Below are positions 1 to 12,109 of a stretch of DNA of 64,000 nucleotides, piece by piece. The DNA is taken from assembly GCA_004022145.1 (NCBI GenBank), contig RCNU01000007.1; one strand, 5' to 3'. Each line of letters begins with the position of its first letter. Position 1 is the stretch's first letter. The notes under the pieces were generated by a model. That model was given only the letters and a program-made list of their open reading frames with translations, was not told where the DNA came from and did not search any database. Source of the stretch: Paecilomyces variotii. Its lineage: Eukaryota. Made by a program: the position numbers and the translations under genes.

Positions 1-2
1 GA

Positions 3-185
3 CCCTATCAATCCCAGAATGTGAGATTCTCTGAGGCTATGCGGGCCTATTTCGATCTTTTGAACCGGAATTCCTGTATTTGGCCACAAATGTCGGGTGA
101 TTCTAATGCACCGCGTCTGAGATGTAAAGTGCGGTTACGCGCTTTAAATCTGCTATCTGCTCAGGTGGGTGCAGCTATTACTTAG
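3..185 (+). other. Open frame running in from the window edge; possibly the 3' end of an upstream CDS
   Basis: Frame from nt 3 is stop-free to TAG 183-185 (PYQSQNVRFSEAMRAYFDLL...GAAIT*). No recognisable motif; could be chance. Confidence 0.2.
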
Positions 186-432
186 TAAGAAGAGCTATGA
201 TTGACTATAAATGAATCATAGTATACAAGTGTACACTCTGACATTCGTCCAGTCCTTCAAGTTCCTGTTTCCGCAAGCGAGCTTCTGTCGAATATTGGAT
301 GGCGGCACGGAAGCATGGGCAGACCTGAACACCTTGAATTGGTAGCTTGCTGCTTGCTTGCTTGCTTCTAGTTCTAGGGGGAGGGGTGGGGTTAAACCCA
401 TGTTTACTTCTGGCATACAAAGAATCTAGATC

Positions 433-454
433 CTAGTAATCTAGTAATCTAGTA
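433..454. repeat. Short tandem repeat (CTAGTAAT) x ~2.75
   Basis: ctagtaat-ctagtaat-ctagta read directly; a (GCTT)4 run lies at 352-367. Confidence 0.8.
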
Positions 455-1112
455 GGCTCCATCCTATACAAACGGTTGCTTACAAGCGGATGATTGACAG
501 ATCACCTGGCGTTTGCTTTGTACGCCGACAGCTTTCCTCCAGCAAGCGACTGGGATGTGCTGGATTCATCTAGCTCTGCGGGATGAAAGGAAGTTGCTGC
601 GCAGCATCGTCTATGCCTGTTGATTACAACAAGCCTACTTGGTATCTGTCTTGTAATCTGTGCCTACGGCGTTTGCGGCGCAAGTGCCAAGTAAGATTAA
701 CTGCCTCACCTGCCACTACCAGCATTGCTACCGCGGCTGCAATGCAGCATCAAGGCAACCTTGAAAGGCTTATAAGGCTCTGGTTGGCGGTACGCTTCTT
801 ATCACTGTACCCTCCAATTCACTCAATCAGATGACGTGGGTCTGTGAAGACCCTGGGGTTGGTTGGAGAGGAGGTTTGAGTGAATGCTAGGGTGAATGAT
901 TGAGCTACGCTGCTGCAGACATTGCCTTCTTTCAGGTTTCAGCAGTGTCTATATCTTCAACCTTAGCACTTCGCCTCTTGACATTCATCTTGACTTCCTT
1001 CAACCCAGAGATCCTCACCGACGCATTGCCAGCTTAAGCAATGCTGTTTCTCTTGCTTCACTTCGAACATCCTCATTTCACGCATCGCTAGTCCAAGTAT
1101 CACCATTGCAAT

Positions 1113-4100
1113 ATGTCTGCTACGCCTACGGCTCCAGCCCTATCCCTGGAGGCGAGGTTGTATTTGTTCCACCATGTTTTCCTCCCTCCAAAGCTCCCTC
1201 AGAGTGATGACTACGACGCCAGCTGCGAGCTCATCCTTCTTGACTCTGTGATAAATTCCCTACAAAAGTTCAGGGCCCTCGTGCCCAACCAGCATCGCCA
1301 GGTGCTGGGCCCAGTCATCACAATGGTCGCTCGCCTGAGAGAAATTCGCGGATCCCATGGTGACGTGAGCGAAGGAAAACTCAAGGAGGCTTTGCAAAAG
1401 CTAGATACTGAAGGTAAAATTTCGGATCCGTGCTATAATTTTCAGGTGAATAACCAGTTTTAGGAGGCGTATTGCCCGTTCATGTTCGCTGTCAGAACGC
1501 CGCTGTCCTAATGACGAGGAACGACAACGCAATACATGTGGAGGCATTCGAGCTGTCTCCTCAAAACGAAGCTGTCAATTCGACAGTGGGTCGCCTCCAG
1601 CGTCAGTTTCCTGGGCCGTCTTTTATGTTGGACCGGGCCACATTCAATGCTCCGGGTCTGCAGAATACCATCGCACAGACACTCGCAACAATGAGCCATC
1701 AGTCCGTCGCTGGAACCAAGCCGAAGGTGAAGAAAGCTCGCCAAAAACACGATGAAGATAGGGATACAACCGATCCGAAGATGGTGACAGAATTCTTAGC
1801 GGCCTTCTTGCGTCCCTGCGCCGCCATGTTCGACGGTCTGCAAATCCATAAGAATACCCGTGAAGAGGTGCTGTGGCTCGATAGCCGATTTCCCTGGCGA
1901 CGATCCCCTTTGTGGCTCCTTGTCCGTGTGGCCCTTCAGGTGATTCTTCGAAGGCTCTGTCGTCGCGATGGGATATCTGATGATATTTACAAGCACTACA
2001 TGGTGTACTACATGAGTTCGGTTCTAAACGACTGCCTCAAGAAGACCATGTCCGATGAACAGCTTTATCTTATGAATGCCAAAATTGCCCGTCGGCTACA
2101 TAAGCTTGACTTGTCACACCTTCCTGCATGGTTTCCGTTCGTTAAGAATGCCCTTCAAGAAGTGAACGCTTCTATCTTGAAAAGCTGGCGCGGCATCATG
2201 GCCCAGAGCGGTCCTCGACATGACAAGGATCGTCTGGCGAAATTGAACTTTGGCAAGGATATTTACTGTTCACTGCCTGACCTTGATAAGTGGCTTGAAG
2301 CTCTCGATAAACGAGAACACTGCTCAAGCTCGGCTGATTTCCAACCACGTACGGGACTCTTGGAATTTGAAAAAACAGAGCTTCCATTGTGTTTGAAGAC
2401 CAGCGACCCTGACTACAAGCTCCTGAATCTTGCAGCCTTTGAAGATTGGGTTCGGTTCAATCTTGACACTTGGCTCGAGGTACACCTCAGCGGCGAAGAC
2501 ACTTGCCAGCAGTTGGGCAATCTGATTAAGCATTATTATAGTGTTGCATCCCCACTTTACTCCCGTAACCCAGAAGCCATATCAGTTATGCTCCTTACTA
2601 TCCTCGAATTGTGGATCGCTTGCGACAAATCGGCATTTAATATTCACCCACTACTTGGTGATTATGACAACTGCATCCCGATGGACATGTTTGAGTCGCT
2701 TGTTTTGCCCTACCGATCGCAGATGGAGAGACTGGCTCGTGCAGAGGACTATATGAATCAACGTCGACAGCGTCTTCGCTTTCCTGAGTCTTTCATTTTT
2801 CAAGACTTTGGCACTCGGTCCTGCTTCTCCGTCAGATTTTTTGATCGGTCCATTGAGCACCAGAATCTACTTGCCGAAATTGAAGACCTTGCCAGGTCTG
2901 AGAGGACGCAGAAACGACTTGAGCTGGGCAAAAAACATCAAAGATACAGGGAACTGTACGCACTCGCCGATCAGCTGGAATGCACGTATTATAAAGTCAT
3001 CCCTGACCCGCGCTTTGATCTTACAGAATCGCGCCACTGCCCTAACTGTCAACGATGTGCGTACAAGACTGAAGCAGAATCGATCAAAATAAATATCCAT
3101 GAATGGCCCTTACCTACAAATCCTTTGCATGCAAAAACCACGGTGTTTGAGCTGAATGTCCCTCGGCCTTTTGCATCCTGGCGTGACACCACAATATTCT
3201 TCTTGCTCACCGTTTTGCGACTCGCTTATTTTCCCAAGGAGCAACCGAGAGCCAGGAACCAACTGCAAACATACAGTGGCCTCTCACCTTTTTTCACGCC
3301 TACTAATAATTCCCAGAGAGTTGGCCTTCTCTCGCAGGATAAGCCTCACGAAACCACACATAGACGGAGCAAGAGCATTATTGATGTGACCGAGAAAGAT
3401 GTTTGCCTAGAGAACGGGTTGAATTTCTGTTACTTCGATCAGGAGACCAATTGCTTTGTCACTCGCTTCAAGACCACGGATGAAACTGCATCCTCGTGCA
3501 CTTACAAAGTGCCCCGATCCAGCTCAACCCTGCAAAAGTTCCTATTTCGACCAGCTTATAGCAGAAACGGACCCTCACCTAACACTGTCATTGCGTCACA
3601 GGACATTTGCCCGCATGACATGTCACTAGAGGAGTATAAGGCTCTTTGTTCAATGCCACTTGGTGTGGAGATTCAGTGGCAAAATATCTTACGGCAGTTG
3701 GCCATGCCGTCTGTGGTATTCAAAAAAGTCGAGACTTGCATCTTCATACTGCAGATCATCCGCCAAGCTGGGCCGCCAACCAAGGACTCGGTTCTGCGAG
3801 CAGGGCACGTTATCTTAGACGATGATCTGTTCGCAACTGTACTGCTGGCCGAAATCGCCAACGCGGCAGGTAGAATCGAAGAGAACTGGGAGTCAGCGCA
3901 GGAGCTCAGCGCACTGATCTTTCTCACACAGAGGGTTCTGTCCGTTTCGACTTCTACCCGGGTTCGAGATCTATGCCTGGCGCAGCTCTCAACTCTCCGT
4001 ACTACCAGCTTCAAGTGGGCCACACTTGTCAGGGAGCAAGCCAGTTATTCGGACACCGACGCGCATCGAAATGATCTGATTGCACGGAGCACTTCTCTAG

Positions 4101-7100
4101 CATTGATCTGTGCCAGCACCTTTGACATCGAAAGTCCTGTTTTGGAGAAAGTCCTAGAGATTGAGCGGAACGCCTCAGTTTGGATTCAATGTTGTATGAT
4201 GATCCACGACAGAAAAGGCCTTCTCGACATGACACCCGGTTGCTTGCTTCAAATTCTATACTACCGTTGGCAAATCGTCTCTTATCGCTCCTACCGTGTC
4301 CTGGCATTCAACGTGGTCCATAAAAAGAAACTGGCGATTGACCTTGCTATCAAGGAGGCTTGGGCCGCGTACCATTCAGATTCCCCTTGGTCAGTTGCTC
4401 CTGGAGGCGGTAATCACTGGCTAGTAACCGGTGATCGCAGCCTGCTTGTCCATTTCAATCTGCTGACAGCTGAACTGCTCATCAACGGCCGACCGTTGGC
4501 TCGTCTGCCCTCAGAATACGAGAGCCACAAGACATACAGAACTTTATTTGGACAGTCTCCTGTTGATGTAATGCCCAGTGAGCTCCCGGGAATGCAGTTC
4601 TCCGTCCAGAGAAAGCATATGGGCCAAACCATACATCTGGGAAAGAAATCCATGACTGGCTCGCAGAATTTTGACATCTGCGTTCGGGCATTTAGCAAGG
4701 AACACCGGGTCCGAGAATTTGTACCGGCCAGACTTCTCACTGGTGCCTTTCCAGATGCCTTTGTTGAGGATTATGCGCACTGGTATGATCTTGACGGCGG
4801 GTACGTGGAGTTTTGCCCAGTGAAAGACCCCTGGCAGGCGTCAAGCGCCCACTGGCGCTTGCAACGAAAACACCCCGGACAAAACGGCTGGTGCCTTGTG
4901 AAAGGCGAGATTTATTTGGTTAACATCAAGAGCCAGACGGCTGGGTCGCTTTTTAGCATCTTACAACCCATCGAAAGAGCCTCGAGACTGTATTACAAGT
5001 TCCACACCTCATCGTCCGCGTTAGAAATCGACATCCCCCGCCTCAGGTTGAGCTTCAGTCTCCAGTCAGGGCATTCATCGATTCGATCTCGCCAATATCG
5101 GGGCATGAAGATTGATCCGGATCAGTCACTGGGTACTCTGGTCGGCTTGCGCAGTAAACTCATCCTTCTCCATGAGAACGACCACAGCCGAAAGGTTCTC
5201 ATCCCAGATGGCGCTGTAACATGGGTAAAGGATGGAGGACATGTTGGTGTGAACATTGGCTGGCAGGCTGTCTCTAAACTCCATGTTTATTCGGTGGATA
5301 ACCAACTTGGTCGCTTGGTTGACAACGGGAGTTTGCAAAGCAAGCTCATGCTATGCTACTTACATGCTGTCACATCCTTCTGCGTTCCCGATGTATTGAC
5401 CAAGAAGACGGGTACTGAACAGTCTCTGTCTATCCTTCGATCAGCATCGATGCGGTCTTTCAACCAACTGACGCCGGAAAACATTTCGATTCTGGTTGAG
5501 CTTGCACGCCTGACCCCTGTGAGAAAGTACTATCCGGCCAATGAACGCGTGATGCAAAGCGTTAAGTGGCAGAACCTGGGCTGTTTGGTGCACCATGATG
5601 ACTTTCGTGAGCAGGTCCAGGCAATAATCGACCAGGACAGCCGGATGAGGATGTTCCACCCGCACTCCCAGTGGAATCAACCCATTCTGCCGGTTTCCGA
5701 TAAGATTCTCCTGCAGCGTGATCGGATTAGATCATCGTCATTCCGTACGTCTGGCTTCGGAGCCGAGGGCCATACATCCACCTTTGATGATCCATATACA
5801 GAACGTGGTCGAAACCACCAATCAGAAGGATTCTCCCGTGTGTTTACCTTGTGCAAAACCATCCACGAGGGGACTCTGCATTCAGCTCGAACAATAACCG
5901 ATCAGGACCTGCTCTCGGATATCTGGTGCTTTCTCTGTCTGCCAGAAGCGGTTCATGGTCCCGCCATGGTGGTCGAGAAGGCGAAGGTCAAATATGACGC
6001 AACCTGGTTGTTAGATCCAGTCGACTTTGTCTCGGCTCATTGGTGCGGCATTCATCAGTTACTTGGCTCTGGAACTACTCGACCAAATAAACACCAGGTG
6101 ATGATCTGGCTCTCGGCATTGGCGTTTTCCGATAAAATTCCAATGGCTGTTTTGGAAACGTTTGCCGCCTTCTATGTTATACCGACCATGGCCGCCTATA
6201 GGCCGCCATCCAGGCCCTCGTTTCAGCTAACCAAAGGGTATGAACTGAACAAAAATGTGCTCAAGTCCCAGATACAGTCAGTCATGCGCGATCAGACGCC
6301 AGAGTCATCAGAGCTTCCCAACCCTGGGGAGACGTATCGCGCATTCAAGTCGCGCATAAAATGTAAGGAACTTAGAAATAGGGAACAGGCGCTCAACAAT
6401 TTTATCGCGGGCTTGTGCACCCAATGGCCAACGTCAACGCCCTCAGCTCCCAATAGTCAAGGAAGTCCCAGATTCGAGGATTATTACAATTCACAGAAAG
6501 CCATGGCCATCGTACGCCAAAGCTTCTCGGAATGGTATGATAATGGAGAACTCCGAGGGTATCTGACGAGGGTCGCTTCTGTGTTATCTGGTCAACCTCT
6601 ACAAATTGTGGCCGTGCCCTCGCCGCCGTTTTCTACTCCAGCTCAACCTTCCCTGCGAAAACGCAGATTTATTTCAATTGACAACGTGCTCGATCAGTCT
6701 CTTGGCGCACCACCAGTGCTAGCGACAGAGTCGCCAGGCCTAGGGGACCTATTGTATGCTAGTCCCACATCCGCGGAGCCCGCCCTACGTGTTCTACCAC
6801 TGGTCATGGCGTTGGGATTGCAAGCAAGTTCCGATTATGAAAGCCAGTATGTCGAAAAGCTCCGGGACAGCACCAAGTCACTGCAGGAACAAAGGCATGC
6901 GGATCAGATTACCTTGCATAGATACGAGCTGGAAAATGTCACCTGCGACTATCTTCTGCGCTGTGAGACGCACTCCAGGGAGATATATGACGCTATACTT
7001 GCGAGAATGACGCTTTCTAGTCCGGACCAAGAAAGCCTGGTTCATCATGCCACTTTGAAGATATTAACAAATATCAACATGGCTCCGAGATTTTCACCAG

Positions 7101-10100
7101 AACTCTTCCTCCAACAACTAACGCGAAAGAGGTGGAGTCAACTGCCCATGGGATGGAAAGCCTGCTTTGTCACCTATGGGCTTTCTATCACGGCCCTTCA
7201 GCGAGCAAAGCGGCTGGTTAGCTTGGTCGACCATCGAGAAGAACTGGTCCGGGAGATCCAGAACCCTGGTCACTCTAACTGGGATCCATACGAATTCCCG
7301 GAGTCGCTATTGCTAGAGATTGAGAATGGACTCCTGATCAGGGACGTCCAGGAGCAAATTGCCCGGCAGATGCGGAACATCCAGCCAAGGCAAAACGCCG
7401 TGATGCAACTCAACATGGGCGAGGGCAAGTCATCGGTCATTGTTCCTATCGTAGCAGCCGCGCTTGCGGATGGGTCGTGTCTGGTCCGTGTGCTTGTAGC
7501 AAAGCCACAATCTCGCCAGATGCTTCAAATGCTAGTTTCCAAGCTTGGTGGACTGCTGGGACGCCGGGTATACCACCTGCCTGTATCACGCTCGCTCAGA
7601 ATAAGTGAGAGAGAAGCATCAGAAATGGAGCACATGTGTTTGGAATGCATGGAAGATGGGGGTGTTTTGCTGGTCCAGCCTGAACACATCCTGTCATTGA
7701 AGCTCATGTGCCTCGAGTGCTTTGTCACCGGGAGAGAAGCAGTTGGCCGCTGTCTGCTGAGAACTCTTGAACTCTTTCGGACATCCTCGCGCGATGTGGT
7801 CGATGAAAGTGATGAAAACTTCAGTGTCAAGTTTGAGTTGATCTATACCATGGGTTCTCAACGCGCCTTAGAGCTCAGTCCGCAAAGATGGACCCTGATC
7901 CAACAGCTACTTGGTTTAGTGCGAAGGTATGCCCCAGCTCTCAAATCCAAATTCCCTCAATCAATTGAGATTTATGAGCAACGACCGGGGAGCTTCCCTC
8001 GAATACGACTACTCCACAAAAAGGCGGCGCTTGAACTTTTCAAACTGGTTGCCGACCACATATGCAACAACGGCATTGACTCGTTGCCTATATCCAGGCA
8101 GCCAGAGGCCACGAGAAGGGCCATTCTCTCCTACTTTCTCAATCTCGATCTATCAGCCCAGGAGATTGCTGCGGTTGAAGATGACAGCGCGACTAGTTTT
8201 TGGACCGCCAGCACCAAGGATCCCCTTCTTCTGTTAAGGGGCCTCCTTGCTTGTGGCGTTCTAGATTACTGCCTCAGCCAGAAACGATGGAGGGTTAACT
8301 ATGGGCCTGATAACTCCAGAAACCCTCCGACAAGACTTTCTGTTCCATACCGCGCTAAGGACAACCCAGCGCCACAGTCTGAATTCAGCCATCCTGATGT
8401 TGTTGTCGTATTGACATGCCTCAGCTACTACTACGCTGGTCTCAGCGATGACGACCTAGTTGCAGCCTTTCACCATTTACTCAAATCCGACCAGGCCGAC
8501 ACAGAGTACCAAGCATGGATAGATGATGCACCAGATCTGTCGTACGCATACCGCCAGTTGGGCGGGATAAATCTCCAAGACCGACATCACTGTATCGAAC
8601 ATGTTTTCCCGAACCTGCAGTTTTCCAAGGGAGCCATTGACTATTTCCTCTCTCATCTTGTTTTTCCCAAGGAGATGAAAGAGTTCCCAAACAAGCTATC
8701 CGCGTCGGGCTGGGATATTGGCGAGATCAAAAGACATCCAACTGCAGGCTTCAGTGGAACGAACGATTCCCGGGTCACGCTTCCCTTAAGTGTAACACAA
8801 CTCGACCTCCCCGAGCAGATTCACACCAATGCTCTGGTGCTCGAATACCTCCTCCGGCCGGAGAACTCAATTGTCCATATCCCAGTGCGCAATTCAAGAC
8901 TGGCCAAATCAGACGCGGAGGCCCTGCTCGACCTGGTTGTGAGTTTGGATCCACCCACGCAGGTTGTTCTTGACGTGGGCGCCCAGATTCTGGAACTGAC
9001 CAACCTGGAAGTTGCTAAGACCTGGTTGAGAATGGTCCCTGACGAGGGACGGGCGCAAGCCGTCGTTTATGTCAGTGACGGCGACGAGATCTGTGTTGTT
9101 GACCGGACCGGGCTTGTCGAACCACTACAAATCTCACCATTTGCAAAGCAGCTGGGGGCGTGCCTTGTCTTCCTAGACGAGGCCCATACAAGAGGTATTG
9201 ACTTGAAACTGCCTCAGCACTACAGAGCTGCTGTAACGCTTGGAGCTGGTATAACAAAAGATAAGCTGGTGCAAGGTAAGATCACCAAGGTTAGCATCAG
9301 CCAAAGATCGCTTACTGATTACTTGTACAGCATGCATGAGAATGAGGAAATTGGGAAAAGGGCAGTCTGTTGTCTTCTGCGTCCCTGAGGAGATAAGGTC
9401 AAAGATCCTCTCCATCATTGGGAAGCCCAGTGGGTATGACATCGACGTATCGGAAGTGCTCCGCTGGGCGGTCTCGGAGACGTGGGCCGACATGCAACGT
9501 AGTATACCGTTGTGGGCGATTCAGGGAGAACGTTTTGAGCGCCAAAACAATCTCTGGAGCAAGGCTCGCCGTGGTGGTGAGATTCAGATGTCCAAAAACC
9601 AAGCGGAGGAATTCCTCGAGCAGGAATCTCAATCTCTCGAGCAGCGATATCGGCCCTGTCCTGACAACAACGCACCGCCTTTTATCACATCCGATAACGA
9701 CGACAACGACAACATCCGCCTTATCTTGGAGAGGTGTCGCGAGTTTGAGAACATAAACTTCAAATCTACACAACTCCAAGAAGAACAGGAAAGACAACTC
9801 GCGCCGGAAGTCGAGCAGGAGCGACAAGTCCAACGGCCACCTTCAGCCACACCTGAGGATCATTCTGTTCACCCAGACTTGCGTCGTTTTGTGACAACTG
9901 GAATACTAAAGGATGGATCAAACGCAGTCATGCCCGCCTTCCAGGGGCTAGATAATACATCGGCGGCAAAGCACTTGAATGTGTCTGAGTTCCCCCCCGG
10001 CCTCCTTGTCACCAGTGATTTCGCTAGAACCGTTAAGGTGCCCAAGTTGCCGTCATCGACCATGGACGGCTACCAACGCCCCGTCCAATGGGTCATCACG

Positions 10101-10628
10101 GGTACCGCCCATTCTTTCGCCGGACGGAACAGAAAAATCGTGAAGCACATGATAGTCATAAGCCCTTATGAAGCGAACGAACTCCTCTCCGCGATCCTGA
10201 AGTCCAAGAAGGTCACGATGCACATATACGCGCCGCGCCAGAACCGAATCTTCTCAGCCCTCGACAACCTCGGCCTCTATCCCATACCGCGGGCGGATTC
10301 TGTTGTTTTTGACATTCCAACCGCTCTCAGAATCCAGCTAAATCTATTCGCGGGTCAACTCTATATCTCCTCTTTCGACGAGTATCGTGAGATATGCGAG
10401 TTTCTTGGAGTCGCATACTACGCTGCACCAGAGGGTCTGACCGTGGCCGCGGACGGGTTCATAGTCGCACCTGACAGAGCAATTTTCACAAAAAGTCCAC
10501 TTAAGTTCTTGAAGGTCCTCATGTCACAAATTAGAAAGGATGGGCAGGAAATTGATAAAACACACATTGGGAAACTGTTGGATGGGAAGTTGTTGACCAT
10601 GGATGATTTTGAAGATGGAGATAATTAG
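1113..10628 (+). CDS. Giant (~3136 aa) DUF6606/DUF3638/DUF3645-family protein with P-loop SF2-helicase-like ATPase region
   Basis: Exons 1113-1413, 1464-9275 and 9331-10628 (introns 1414-1463 GTAAAA..TAG and 9276-9330 GTAAGA..CAG) join three ORFs in frame. Family motifs: N-terminal HHVFLPPKLPQ, WRRSPLWL, QLNMGEGKSSVI, DVVDESDE, VPYRAKDNP..SEFSHPDV, GFSGTND, FLDEAHTRGIDLKLP, DKLVQACMRMRKLG (spans intron 2), EEQERQLAPEVEQERQ. Confidence 0.9.
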
Positions 10629-12109
10629 AGGAGGTCTCAGTTGTGTCTCCGCCACATATTTTATGATAGCTTTGAGTACTACTCAGGTTCTTTGTCTAAT
10701 TCACATATTCTACAATATATTGCTGGACCATAAATGGCCATCTCCTCTCGCCGGCCTTCCATTAAAGGAGGAGTATCTGGCACTGCTCAATATGGCAGCA
10801 GGGCTAAATACAGTGCTCCCTCCACCTTCTTTACCATCTGCGTCCCAATCCAATCTATCAACCATTAGTCTAAGACAGTGCCTTCACCTCTTCTTCCACT
10901 GTCTTCTCCCTTTCCTGCTCTTATTCCTTGACTACTTATCATAATAAGCTTAAACTGCACCTCTATAAGCTTCGGTTGTTACTTATTGCGCTTATGATGA
11001 AATACCAAGAGACTCAAATTGACAAGCTATTTTGTTCTTCAAGAAAATTATCGCCTCTTTGGATCTAATAGGCGTAGTAGAGTCATTATAGAAGAAGAAG
11101 AAAAAAATAAGAAATCTGCCTGTGAACCTCAAGCGTTGCATATAAGCGCCAGTATTGCCAAGGCCCAGTAATAGAGTGGTAGTGAGGCGAGATACAGTCG
11201 GAGCCACATAACAAACAAGTTGGCAAGTAAGCTAATTTGACTGCCCCTTCCACACAGGATGCCCAAAGGATTTTTTTTTTTCAGACGATGGCCGTATGCA
11301 AAGAGCTTGACTTACCTCTAATAAGACCGTGCAGCTGTGAGGGTGATCCAGTGCCGCTTCCGGAAGCTTGACCCGAGGCCAAGGTGACCTCAAGTGTAGC
11401 AGCAAGAGCATTGCAGTCAACAAAAGCTCACACGAGATAGCTGTTTTAGATAAATATACTTGCGAGTACCTCCTATCATTGCTCCTTTTACTCCCATGAG
11501 CAATCCCTGAGCGATGCAATATTGATTGAAGACTGGTCGAGACAAGATACAAAAGCAAGCCGAAGAGTCTCCATGCCTAAAAACCACATGGTACTTATGT
11601 GACGTTTCTTCTATAGTTATTAGTTAGCACTTGCAGTAATAACGAATGTCGACATTTTTAGACAATCACTTGCTTATTCTGGCAATGACAGGGATACTAT
11701 ACGCAAAGCCCGACACCCTCTTATCGACGCGAGACCTTGCGCAATGCATGTATGAGATAGCTATTGTGCTTCGTCGTTACTGATAAATCCAGAGCATTAC
11801 CACCACCGTAATCGGTAGTCAACAGGCGAAGAGAACTGGTCTAGGGTCGTATCGGAAGGTTCACGACCTGGAAGACTTGATGCAGAGAGAACAGCTGCTC
11901 GAATAATACTTACAGATTTGTAACCAGTAAAAGCAGATCATCAGATATCAAATCCAATCCTCCATTCCGCGGCCGACGTACAATGCAGATATAACTGCTA
12001 TAAAAAGGACAGAAAGATTCAGTTATCAATAGATCTATACGGTCTACATATGATAAAAGGAAGGTTCTAATAGTTCTGATAAACAATTGTAGTATTATCA
12101 TCATTATTA

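Noticed and set aside
10700..11600. Possible RIP-degraded gene or transposon relic (minus-strand E/K-rich stretch VKE*EQEREKTVEEEVKALS*)
   Set aside because: Every stop codon can be read as a C>T product, so this is not diagnostic. No transposase/RT motif or terminal repeat was found; RIP indices and a repeat-library search are needed.
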